From the NCBI GenBank assembly GCA_036172245.1, contig JAYWIR010000025.1, positions 620,001 to 684,000 of the forward strand: 64,000 bases of DNA, in the 5' to 3' direction. Below the pieces are notes generated by a model. The model was not told where the DNA came from. It saw only the letters and a program-made list of their open reading frames with translations, and searched no databases. A program made the position numbers and the translations under genes. Of this stretch, positions 38,101-49,800 are shown piece by piece (the first letter of the stretch is position 1; each line of letters begins with the position of its first letter). The stretch is from Raillietiella orientalis. Its lineage: Eukaryota.

Positions 38101-39603
38101 ACCGCTGCCTTGCCCTTCTCTCCCTCCTTTCTTCCCACCTCCCAGCCCGAGCTGACGATGCCTCTCTTCTCCCCTAGAGCTCTCCTTCTGCCGCTGGCAG
38201 CCCTGCTTGAACGGGGGCACCTGCGTACCCTCCCGCGAAGGCCCGGAGCCCTCCTTCCGCTGCATCTGCCCCGCCAGGAGGAGGGGCACCCTGTGTGAGC
38301 TGCGCGACGACAGACGGCCGGCGCCGAGGTGCTCCAGGCGCGGCGTCTTCCATCCCCCCAACAGCACGTGGACCGAGGACTGCAACCAGTGCTGGTGCCT
38401 GGAGGGGATCGTCCGCTGCACGGGCCACTGGTGTGGCCCCTCCCGCTGCGACCCGGAGACCCCCTGCGCTGAGCACGAGGCCTGCATCCCCGCCGGGCGC
38501 GAAGCCTGCCTCAGGCCCCCCTGTGCGCCTTTCTCCGAGTGCCGGCCCCTTCCCGAGGCCCACCAGGCCTGCCCCTCCGTCAGATGCGCCTCCCTGATCC
38601 TCCGGCTCAACGTCTCCCGGGTGGGCAGGGGCACTACGTCCAGGGACGCGTGCTCGGCGCTCCGGATGCTGGCCCGAGGCGGCTTCGTCATCGTCTCCTG
38701 CCGGGCCGAGGACGGCGGTGCCGCACCTGCCGCCCTCAGGTTGTCCATCGTGAGTACCGCGTGCTCCCCCTTCCTCCCCATGCGCTCGCGCCGCCGTCTC
38801 CCCAGGCGACGGACGTCGCAGCCTCCCCAGCCACCGTCGAGTCCTTCCGGGAGCTCCTGGCGGGCGCCGCCGCCGCCGGGGCAGAGGACCGCCGTCTGGA
38901 GGCGTCCGTCTCCGGTCTGGAGGTGGAGGACACCGACTCGGAGTGCAGGCTGTGCTTCCCGATGCACCCCGGCGCGACGGTTGCCCCGCCGGACCGCGCC
39001 CACCTGGTGATCCTCTCCTGCCTCGCGTCCTCACTGCTGCTCCTGACGGCGGCTCTAGTCTTGGCCTGTTGCTGGTTCCAGGCCAGGTGGGGGAGGCGCC
39101 CGACCTGCGCGCTCTCGGCCCTACCCCCGCTGCCCAGCCCCCCGGCCACTCGGGCACCCCTCAAGGACGTTAACGAGAAGGCGTTCCTGCAGGTTGGAAA
39201 GAGCAACAACAACAACAACAACAACAACGGCGGCGGCCAGGCGGCCACCAAGCGGCAGCCCCTCAAGGTCGCCGTTCGCAACGATACCGGCGCCCCCTCC
39301 CCCTCCCCCTTTGCCAAGAGCTACACCGTGGCGCACCGCCTTTCGGCCGCCCCCTCCTTCCCGACCCGGGGCCACCACCACCTCCACAACAAGAACCTCT
39401 GCAGCAGCATCTCCTCCGAGATGCTGGACATCATCTTCGACTACGAGGGCGCGCCCAGGCGCTTCCTCGAGGAGGACTCCAAGAACTTGAGTCCGCTTCG
39501 GGTCGATGCCCTCGGGGCGGAGGCGAAGTCCCTGCTAAGGATACCGCCGCTCCCGGCAAGGACGTCGGACGTCAAGCTGACTCCCAGTGAGATCATAGTT
39601 TGA
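32162..39603 (+). CDS. Ser: Serrate/Jagged-family Notch ligand, spliced: join(32162-32308,32473-32769,33249-33303,33367-33621,34351-34411,34472-34602,34784-35035,36702-36797,36880-37026,37434-37676,38178-38749,38806-39603); optional exon 37846-37929
   Basis: Exons sum to 3054 nt with consistent phases (1017 aa + stop). Poly-Leu signal peptide; MNNL domain ([10 protein letters not shown]...CNTYVEVCL...CVFGNATS...[17 protein letters not shown]); DSL domain ([39 protein letters not shown]...C); EGF repeats ([45 protein letters not shown]); VWC-like domain ([13 protein letters not shown]...CTGHWCG) diagnostic of Serrate/Jagged rather than Delta; TM segment [26 protein letters not shown]-terminal EIIV. 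Confidence 0.93.
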
Positions 39604-39692
39604 CGCCGGGGCGGCCAGCCCTCGCCCTATTTTCCCCTCCCCCTCCCCCCTTACCCTCCCCCTTCCCTTTCTCGACGGGAAAAGTGCAATCA

Positions 39693-39698
39693 AATAAA
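39693..39698 (+). promoter_or_regulatory. Polyadenylation signal of the Serrate/Jagged gene
   Basis: AATAAA 90 nt after the TGA in otherwise GC-rich DNA. Confidence 0.6.
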
Positions 39699-42600
39699 GT
39701 TCTAAGGTGATCATGGGAGACGTCCACGGGATGAGGGGGAGCCGGGGTGGGGATCATCCCTACGCACCCCATCGCAGGAAGAGGAGGGGGAGAACAATAG
39801 GGTGGTTCTTTCAGACCGGGAAACCCTCGGGAAGGGGCGATCTTGCAAACCCTTCCCTCTGGAAGGCGGATGCCTCCCGAGCCCGGAGCCGCGTCCTAGG
39901 TGGCTTGCAAGACTCCTTCCAGCTGCCTGGCAACGGAGGGGAGGGAGGGAGCTCCGGCCGCGACTCCTTCCGGCGTCCTCTTCCATCCACCCTTTCCGAG
40001 CTCCACGGAAGTCTGCAAGACCTCGACTCCTGGGACGGCGCCCGCGCGTCTCTCCCCGACCCCGACCCTCCCTCTGCCGCCGCCAGTAGTAGCGGATGGG
40101 GGCAGCACCCCTCCGCTTCCCGTCTTGCCCCGGGTGTGTCCCGTGCCGTCTCACCAGCCCGCTTTCCCGGCAGGTCGCCGTGGGAACGCGGGTCTGCCGG
40201 AGCCCCGCCGGTGGGCGCTGCTGCTGCTGTGGGGTCGGAGGAACGAACGACCTACAGGGAGATCTCGCGATCCTGCGGACCAGCGGAGACCTCGCGACGA
40301 CTATCGGCGATCTCGGAGCACCGCGGGGGTCGTCCCGCCCCGGAGGATCCCAGCCGTGATAAGGATCGGGGCGGGGGAAGGGGAGAGGGAATGAGGGGAC
40401 AGCACTGTGTCCTCCGATCCCAGAGGCAGCAGGGGGGCGCGCCTTTCCCCCCTCCCTTAGCCCCTCGGACTGCAGGGCGTGCCTTCCCGCCCTCCTCGCT
40501 GCGGGCGCCGGCGGCGCAGAGAGGAGGGATCGACCCGGGAAGAGGGGCGGGAGGGGGAGTCTGCGGCCGCCGAAACCACCCTCCTCCATCTGCCGCCGAG
40601 CGGTGTGACCCAGGGGTTACCTTCCTCGCTCGCATTTCCGCCGTGCAAGAAGGTCGACGGCGGGGCTTCCGGCTGCTCCGCCCTGGGGCTGGATCGTGAG
40701 GAGCGATCCGTGGGCGCGCGGCGGTAGCTCCCCAACCACGCGCGCATCGTCCTTCCCCGCCTACCTCCGGGAACGAGTGGTGTCCCGAAGCCACTCTCCC
40801 GGCAGCTGACAGGGGAGGGTCGAAGCGCGGAGCGGCTCCTCCCCGGCGTGGGAGTCGGCAGAGGCGCGTCCTGAGCAACGACTTCGGTCACCCGGCTCCG
40901 GGATCTCGCGAGGCGCCTGAGAGGTCCCCTCCTTCTGGCCGGACGCACGGACGGTCGGGGTGCTGAGGGGCCACCAGCAGGGCGGCGACGACAACACGAG
41001 CAGCTTCGAGCTGGGCTTGCCCCCTCCCCCTCCTCCTTCCCTGCCACTCTCTCTCGGACGCGCTGATGAATTCGTCGCGCGGGCCGCAGCCCTGCCGGCG
41101 GGTTCCCGCCGCGCCGCGCGCTCCCATCAGCGGGAATCATGTCTTCCAGATTGCCTCCAATCATGGCAGGGCTCCCCTCCCCGAAATGATGGTCTCGTAA
41201 AACTGCGCAGCATCTCACCATCCGCGCGCGCGCGCGCGCGGGTTCCTCTCTCCCTCCCTCCTCCTCTTCTCTCTCCTCCCCCTCCTCCCCCCTCCAGCGC
41301 GCCCTCGCTCCGAGGTGACCGTTACGGCCCCGCCGCTGCCGGTCGAGACGGAGGGATGCGTCACGCGGGGTGAGCTCCTGGCAGCATCCGAGCCTCCGCT
41401 ACGGCGGCGGGCGAGCGCGCGCGTCCGTGCACGCTCGCGTGGGCACGCGCGCCCGTAATCTACCGGGCGCGCGCGCGCGCACACGAGCGTGCACGGGCGC
41501 ATGTGCGGAGGATGCGTACGCGTACGCACGTGTGAGGGTGTGCGCGTGCGAGAGCCCTTCCCGGGAGGGCAACTCCCGGGAAGGGAAACGAAGCCCGCGG
41601 GAGGGAAGAGCGGCCAGGATGGGGTGGCGTGCTTCCTCGGCCTGTGCACGTCTCCCGGAGCATGCGGAAGAACCGGACCTCAGTGAGACACCGCTTCCTC
41701 TGCGGCGGCGCCATGTGTGGAGGGGCCGCGCTCCCCTCCCCTGGTGGCGGCGGCGATGACGACGACCATGGGGGGACCGGACATCTTCAAGATGGCGTCG
41801 GTGCTTCGAATGCCCTACGTGAACGCGTGTATGCACGCTCCCCCCCTTCCCTCTATCCCGGCGGCCTCCCTAAGTCTCCACCGCTGCGAGGAGGAGCATA
41901 CCCGAAAGAGTCACTACCTCCTACTCCCCCGCGCCCGGCGCAGCGCCGCGCGACTGCGGCTGCGGCGGCGGCGGCAATGAGGCAGGGCGGCGGGGGAGGG
42001 CCGACGACGCGCGTCTGGCCGGACTCTCGGCTCCGCGCGTAATGACCTTTAATTGCAGCCATTGCGATCGCTTAAAGGTTGTAATTTCATCCTCCCGATT
42101 GACATTCTGCCCCCTCCTCCCCCGCTTTTTCTTTCCCGTGACCTCACTTTTCCCAGCGGCGGTCTTTTTTTTAATTTTTTTTTATTTCTTTCTTTCCTTT
42201 TTTTTTCTTTTTCCTGACTTTTTATTGCCGCTCGGCGATCCCGAAGGTGAGCCTCATTGCAGCAGCAGCAGCAGCAGCATCAGGGAAGGGAGGCGGCTTT
42301 CCCCCCCCCCCTTCCCCTCTTCCCTCCTCCTCCCCGAAGGGCAGGGAGGGCTCCGTCCCGCTGTCGCAACGTCTAGAGTGACTTCGTGCGCGCCCCCCTT
42401 CTCCTCCACCCCCAGGTAGGAACGCGCGCGCTCACGTCCGCGTGCACAGAGAGGGAGAAAGAAGTCACTGGTGCTGGTGGAGGCGGCATGGCGCCCATGG
42501 CTCGCTCTCTTCCCTAACTTTCCTGCTAGGAACCGCGCGCTGCGCTCGGCTTGTTGTCCAGAGGTCGCTAGCAGCGGGGGTGGCGAAGCGTCCACATCCG

Positions 42601-45600
42601 GAGCGGTCGCGTACAGAAGCCCACGCTGTGCTGAAAAAGGTCGTCTTCCCCCTTCCTCCTGTTCTTCTGCTTGTTCGTTCCTTCTTCTCCTCTTCCTCCC
42701 TCTTTCCTGGACAGGGAAAGCCCAGCCGAATGGTGGGAAGATGGCGGAACCCCTCCATAGCGCGGGGGCGGTTCCTCTCGCTCGCCGCGTCCACCGGCGC
42801 GCGTCTCGGGAGAGGCTGTAGCAGAGGGGTGCGTCCGACTCGAGCCCTTGCCCCATCCCCTTCGCGAGGACGACGCGGTGGCGCGGTGGGTCGTCAGTGG
42901 CTGGAAGGAGGGGTCCGCGGGCACCTCACCCGCGCCAGTCACCAGCGGCACCTCCGATTGGCTCCTGTCTTGAGGACCGCGAGAAGGAGGCCGCGACCGC
43001 CTCCTCGACCTCGGGTGCTCCCGCCGCATGGACGTCCGTAGAGGAGCAGCGGCCTGCCCGCTGCCGTCCGGACGCGCTCGCCCGGTGGGCATCGCCGAGG
43101 TCTCCACGGGTGCGAGCGCCGCACCGGTGCCTTCGCCGGTAGCCGCCACGACCTCCTCCTCCTGGTCGTCTTCGGCTCACTGTCCGGTCTGTTCCCACTT
43201 GCGGGCCCACGCGCGATGGGGTGGTCGGTTGCAGGAGAAGCGATCCCGCACCTGGCCGCGCGCGAAAGAAGCAGCTCCAGGAAACACCCCTCGGGCCCTC
43301 CTCCGGGGGGCGATGGTTTCCGTCACCGACGCGTTCTGGCTCGTGCCCGCTCCCCGACCGCGTGAGGACCGGCGGTCGTGGTCGCATGTGCCTGGGGGGG
43401 AGGGGCTCTTCAGGTCTGTGCGCCGCACGTCAGGAGCCACGGGACTTCGGGCCGGGGCCCAGCCTTTGCCTCCCAGATCTTTTCTCTGCAGTCGTGGTGG
43501 AGTCTTGCTGGCGTTCCCGCGGCTGCTCTGCTTCGCTGCTGGCGTGCAGTCGGCGACGCATCCCGCCCTTTTCCGTCCTTCCAGGGACGCGCTCTCCCGG
43601 GAGCACAGAGGAATCACCGCAGTTCCCGCTGACGCCGAGAGTCGCCCGGGCTGGCTGAGCTTCTCGGAGGGGGCGGAGGGCACTAGGACGCGCCCGGGTC
43701 TCGAGTGCTGGATCGGGGTGGTCCTGAGCGAGATGCTGCTCCTGAGGATGCGCTCGAGAAGGAACCATGGGCAGGATGCTTCGCCGCTTCTTCGCCGCGT
43801 CCCGGTCTCAAGGGCGAAAGGCGAACCGGTCGAGCCATTCAGCGCCCGGACCTCTCGTCCTCCAGCGAAAGCCGAGGGCTGCTGAGCGACGGGCAGTGAT
43901 GTCTTGATGAGAGCAGCCTTTTGCGTGTCAGGTCGGGTCGCCGTCACGGCGCTCGGGCCACTTCGGTCCGCGCGAGGGGGTGCTGCCAAGCCCGCGCGCG
44001 CGGCGGGGCCGAGGGGCCCAATTGGCGCTTGCCGCGGCTCCTTCAGTTGGGTGCTCGGCCCCGAGGGGTCGCTGCTGGGGGTGGGTGTGCCCTCTCGGGA
44101 GGACCTGCCGCAGAGGGCACCGAGAGAGGACGTGCCCAAAAGACATGGCAGTGGACGGGCGGAGAGACCTCTCCGACGGTCCTAACGCGGGACTGTCGCG
44201 AAAGGCTGCGCCCTCTCCGGATGCGCTTCCCCCCCGCTTTTTGTTCCCCTTAACCCCAGCGACACGACTGCTGCCCCCTCGGCCGAACGGTCGCGGTGTG
44301 GAAACCGCTTCGGGAGGAGACCGCAAGACTGTTGTTCCAACGGGTAGCCGGAGAGAGGGATAGCCTGGGGCACGGCCGCCGCTGGCGGTAGCGTGCACGA
44401 AGACGAAGGGCAGGGTGGAGGTAGAAAACGGCACTGCATTGGTTGCGGTCGTCGGGAATGGGGGGCTAGGGGTGGGGGGTGGAATCTTCCGGGAGCATCG
44501 ATCGAAGGTCGTCCGGGGCGCGGGAGCATGAGCTACCTCCTCCCCCTCTTACCCCCAGGGGAACTGAAACTCGCGGGGAGTCCAGGGGAAGGTCGCGCTC
44601 CCTCGCCCCTTCCCTTCCACTTCCAGGGCCCTGGCTAGGCTCATGCGATGTCAGCATACTCGGAGAAAGGGTCTTCTCCAGCCTGGATGCACTGGGACGC
44701 GGATGCCGAACGGCTCCTCCTTCCGTCTTGTGGACCAGCCTCGTCTCCATCCTCCTCCTCCTCCTCTTTCCCCTCCCTCCTCCTCTCTTCTTCCCTTCCT
44801 CCTCTTCTCCTCCTCCCCTTCTCCAGCTCTTCCCCTCTTTTTTTCATCCTCTTACTCTCTTCCTCCCTTCTTCATCTTCTCCACCTCTTCCCATCCTCCT
44901 TCTCCTTCCTCCTCTTCCCATTCTTCAGGGCTGCGCTTTAATCCCGTGCTCGTCTTTCCAGCTCCTCGAATGCCAGAATCCTCCTTTGCTCCCTCCTCCT
45001 CCGTTGCTCCCCTTCGCGTTTCGCTCACTCGCACTCGCACGAGGTCTTTCCGCTCGGCGGCGGCTCTTACGAGTGGCGCCCGTCGGGACCCTCTAAAACT
45101 CTGCATCCCCGCCGAGAAACCGTCTTCAAAGGACAGCGATTCGTCAAGAGGGTTACGCGCGCTCCAGCCTCCCACTCGCCTTTCCTCCCCCCCCCCTCCC
45201 GCCTTCCTGCTTTTTGCCTTCGCCTTTTCGGCTGCTGCTGCTCGCGTCGAATTTCGGTGGGAGCGTGGCGATCCGCGCGGTGTTTGTCGCACAGAAAAAG
45301 GAAAAAAAAAAAGAAAAGAAAAAGAGGTGGAGGAGGAGGAAGGCGCTCTTCTTCTTCCCTCTCCCTCTTCCTTGCTTTCTTTCTTTTCCTTTGCCTCCCT
45401 CCTTTCCCAGCGCTCTCACGAGCAATTACCAGGAGGCAGCCCCCGGTGCGCATTGTTCGCGACCCGACCGGCCCGCTTTACGAGTGTCACGCTTTGAAGC
45501 GCTGATCCGTCTCATCATTACCCGTGCCGAGGGGGAGGAAAAGCGGATCCCGGAATCGCTTTCTTCTCCCCCCCCCTCCCCCCCCTCCTTTCTTCTCCGT

Positions 45601-46759
45601 CCTCGCTGCCTCCGAAAAAGCCATTTCGGACACACGGTCTCGCTCGCTCGCAGCCTCCGGGATCCGCCGATGGTAAAGGTGCAGCTCGTGATGGATTTTC
45701 TCCGAATGGAACTCTTAACAACAACCTCCATCCCTTGAGGTAGCTGTCCGGTGACACAGGAACCATAAAATTTTCCAGACGCTTTTCTTTCAAGTGAGAG
45801 GATTTTTACAGCTCCAGCTCCTACGGAGCTCCGCCGGCCCCCTCCTCCTCCCCCTCCTCCTCTTCCTCCTCCTCCTCCTCCCTCCCAGTGCGAGTTTTCA
45901 TCATGAGGAATGTTTTTAATGGGCTCATCATTAGGGAAATGGAAGAAGAAGTTCCCACAGTCGAGCTGGCGAGCGGCTGCCTCCGCGCCGAATTGACTTC
46001 TCCTCCTCGGGTGATTTATCGTGTCCGATCTCCGGGAGGAGCAGCAGTCGGTCCTAATTTTAGCGCCACGCACCTCCTTGCTCTGGTGTCAACCTGCATC
46101 GCCGGATTCATTAGTTACATTCGCACGTCGCGCGAGCGGGCCGGGTGGAGCCGGGCCCAAGGAGGGACGCTCGCTCCCCGCTGGACGCGGGGGCCGGTGA
46201 CCGATCGAGCACAGCCGCCGCCCCGGGTCTTCCGGGAGCAGCTCCGACAGCTCCTTCGCGCTCCCCCCCACTTCCGAGGACGTCCCAGGATGGGCGCGCG
46301 CGTCCCGGGCGGCGGCGGCTGGCGGGTGCCTGCTCGGACGGCCGCATGGCCGCCGCCGCCGCCGCCGCCCGGGACGGCTTTACCGTTCCGTGAGAACGTG
46401 CGAATCCGCCCCGGAACGCGCTCGTCGGCATCCCCCGGCGTCCTAAAGTGAAATACAACTGTTAGGAACTTTACGACGCTCGGCTGCTCCCCTCGTCAAG
46501 AAGACATCTCACTCTCTCCTACACAGTTTTGCAATTATTCCATGGCTGCCGCTCGTGTTTTTCGGAACCGTGATCCCGGCCTGCGGATGAAAACTCCTCG
46601 TCCCCGTTCGCCCTTACATGGCCTCCTGAATAGGGGTGGATTCATATTCGTTCTCAGTAAGGCGCAGGAAGGCACAAGTCATTTGTCTCAATCATGTCGA
46701 CAAATCCCTTTCGGTCGTCTTCTCGCTTTTTTTTTTTTTTATTTTCAGAAAAAAAGAAA

Positions 46760-46760
46760 A

Positions 46761-46800
<40 letters not shown>

Positions 46801-46806
46801 GCACGC
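46760..46806. repeat. (CA)n microsatellite
   Basis: Direct read of acacacac... run. Confidence 0.92.
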
Positions 46807-49800
46807 AGCAGAATTTGAAAAAGTAAACTGATAAATAAAAAGATGTGGTGGCGACCTGTTGTCGGCGATGCTTTCTGCATCAGAATGATCCTCGCTCCAA
46901 CACTTCATGAATCCTAGGAATCGGCAAACCCAAGGATTTTGCGAACGATTTGGTAATACGAAAAGTCAGGAAGAAGGGGGGGGGAGGGTAGGAGAGAGGG
47001 AGAGAGAGAGAGAGAGGAAAAAAAAAAAAACTGTTTGCAGCCGTAACCATGACACCGCGAGCTGCCTGCGTTTCACAAGTGCACCAAGAGCGCTCCGTGA
47101 ATTTCGAGAGCTGCAATTTTCGTAGGCTTTCTGTGCGGAAAAGTGCATTCCTGAAAGAGTTAATGAGAGGTGCATGATTCGAGTTTAAGGATGCTGGGCG
47201 AATACTTTTTTCCATGTGATTTGAACACGGGTTTGCAGGCCACAAATTAAGATGTGGCGCGTTCGAGAAACCAGGGAGTCGTTTCGTGGTCATTTGAAAA
47301 GATTAGTTAAATGCGTCCGTTTCTCAGGATTGTCTTGACAACGTGAACTTTAGCTGGGTTCGAGCATGACGCCTTTTTTTTCTTTTCCCCCTCTCCCCCG
47401 CTGCCGCCGTCATGAAGCAGGCTGTGGTGGTTCCAGATCGCTCAGTAGCCACTAGAGCGCCATAACTATGCTGCTGTGTTTTTTTTTCTTCTTGTCTTTC
47501 TTTTCCTTTTTTTCCCTCCCCCCTTTCCTTGTAAGCGAATAATCTATTTGTGCTTTTTACGAGTGAAAACGAAACGGATTTCCCGAAAGAGTGACAACAG
47601 CAAGAGAGAGCTCCGTAGTTGGCTCACTCCCGACTCACGGTGTTTTATAATCCCTGGATGATAATCATCGTATTGACGTTTATTGTGAACCGTGTTTACG
47701 TTGAAATGCTAAAGGTGTGGCCAAAAGTTACATAAAGGGGAGAGGAAGGGAGAGGGAAAGGAGATACTTCATCTGTGTAATCAGATTTCACTGAAACTGA
47801 GATTTCAACAGCTGGGTTCGAAGACGAACCGTTCCATTTTTTTTTTTTTTTTTATTCCTTCTTCTTCCTTTCTTTCTCTCGCTCTCTCCCTCGTTCCCAC
47901 CCTCCCTCCCCGCTCTCTCCTTTTTTTTTTCTTTTCTTTTTAAGGGCTTAATTGTCCTGAATTTCGTATAAAAGGAAAAAAAAAATTGGCTGTTCACAGC
48001 GTGAGCCTGACTGATCTGACGACTTGCGCACATGCGGCGCACGCAGGAGATTCCTCAAGAGGTAACCACCGCCGCATAGTTGTCCCTGCAGCGTTTGATT
48101 CATTCATCTTCAGAGGGCTTTCCGTTCCCTTGCTTCCCCCCCCCCCCTCCCCTACCTGCACGATACTCTCGAGCTCGGTATCCGATTCTCTTGGTCCGGA
48201 AACGGGATCTCCGGCGGAGGAGCGACGGCAACGGAAGTGCCGCAGCTCCTCCGCGCGAAGAGCCAGGGGTGGGGGGGACACCTCCGTCCCTCGGCCGCGC
48301 GCGCGCGCCGAGGGACGCATGCGATCGCCTCCCCCGAAATGGGGAGCTTAGCCGGTGTGTGGTCCGGACGCGAGGCGATGGTTCTCTGGGAGGAGGAGGA
48401 AGGAGCTGCGGCCTCCGTGGCTATCAAACGGCGCTCCTGAGAAACAGAATGATGGGCGCCCGCTCCCCTTCCCCCTCCCCCTCCTCCCTCCCTCCCCGCC
48501 GTCGTTTTCGCAGGCGCTTCCCCAACGCCCGCCCGGCGTGCTTCCCTGTGCGGATGAGGGAGGAGGTCCGACTGGCGCCACGGCGGCGAAGGCGGGAGAG
48601 GAAGGCGGGCTGCCAGGCGAGAGCTCGGAAGTGGCGCGGTTCCCCCCCTCCCTCTCCCGCGCGCCTGCTCGGAGGGGCTCGCCGTGCACCGCCTCGCCCT
48701 CCCGCGAGGCACGGTCCCCGGACGGGAGATGGGCGTTTTCCGTGGACTCTCCCGTCCCTTCCGAGTGGCAAGGCGGGCGGGACTCCCGGCGCGGCCGAAG
48801 GGGAGGAGGAGGATGGGAGCGAAACCGGGAGACCCCGGCTCCAACCTCTCTCTGGGAAGACCTCTTCTCGGCCCCCGCCTCCCCTCCGCTTTCTCCTCCC
48901 TTCGGAGCTCAGCCGGAGGCAGAGGGCGGCGTGCGCCCACCCACCAGGAGCGCCTTCGCGAGCAGCGAGGGGGCGGGTGGGAAGTGGCAGGCTGACCTCG
49001 GCCGCCACCACGACGCGCGAAGGAGGGCGGACCTGCACGCAGCTCCCGACTGGGGCTACTGCCCTCCCCCTTGAGTGGGCGGCAGATCCGGGACGGAACC
49101 GGATGGAGAGGAGGAGAAAGGGACGGAGCGGTGGCGCCGGTGCACGGAGCCACCGCTCCTTGTGCTCGCCCGGAGGCGAGCACAAGGAGCAGACCTTCCC
49201 TCTCTTCCCTCTCTCCCCGGGTGGGGGGAGGGTGTTCCCACAGGGACCATTCGGGGCAGGTTGCCGCCGTCCCTTTTAGGCGCGGTGGTCGTTCCCTCAG
49301 GAGTTGCCGCGCCGGCCCGGTGCCCGCGTCTCCCTCGACACTTAGTTCTCCCCTCCTCCTCTCCCTCTGCAGCTGCTGACCTTCCGGAGAAGTCCAGAGG
49401 AAGCCGCTCCGGCCGACGGTGGAAGATGCGGGGCGTCCGCCTCTCTGCCCCACGTACTCTCGCCATCTCCTCTATTGGCGCGGGACCTCGGCAATTGCCA
49501 GGACGGGTCTTCTTCCTCCCGCTCGACCCCCCACAGTCAAGGTCTCGGAAGCTTTCCGCACCTATCCCACGGTGCGCTCTCGCGAGTGAGGTTCGTACCC
49601 CTCTTCGTGTGGTCGAAAAGGCCCCAGGGAGAGGAGTGAGCGGTGAGGAGGTCGCTCTTCCCTGACCTTCGCGTTCCCCTTCCTGCCTGGATCCCGGAAG
49701 AACCGTTCAGGGGGGCGAGACCCTTCACCGTGCGGGGGACGGGGAGTGACGGTGCCCCATCCGAAAGGAACATCTCAGAGGGGGCCGTGCGGATGCCCAC

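Noticed and set aside
32162..39603. Calling the ligand Delta because of its low EGF count
   Set aside because: The VWC-like cysteine-rich domain and following juxtamembrane domain are Serrate/Jagged-specific.
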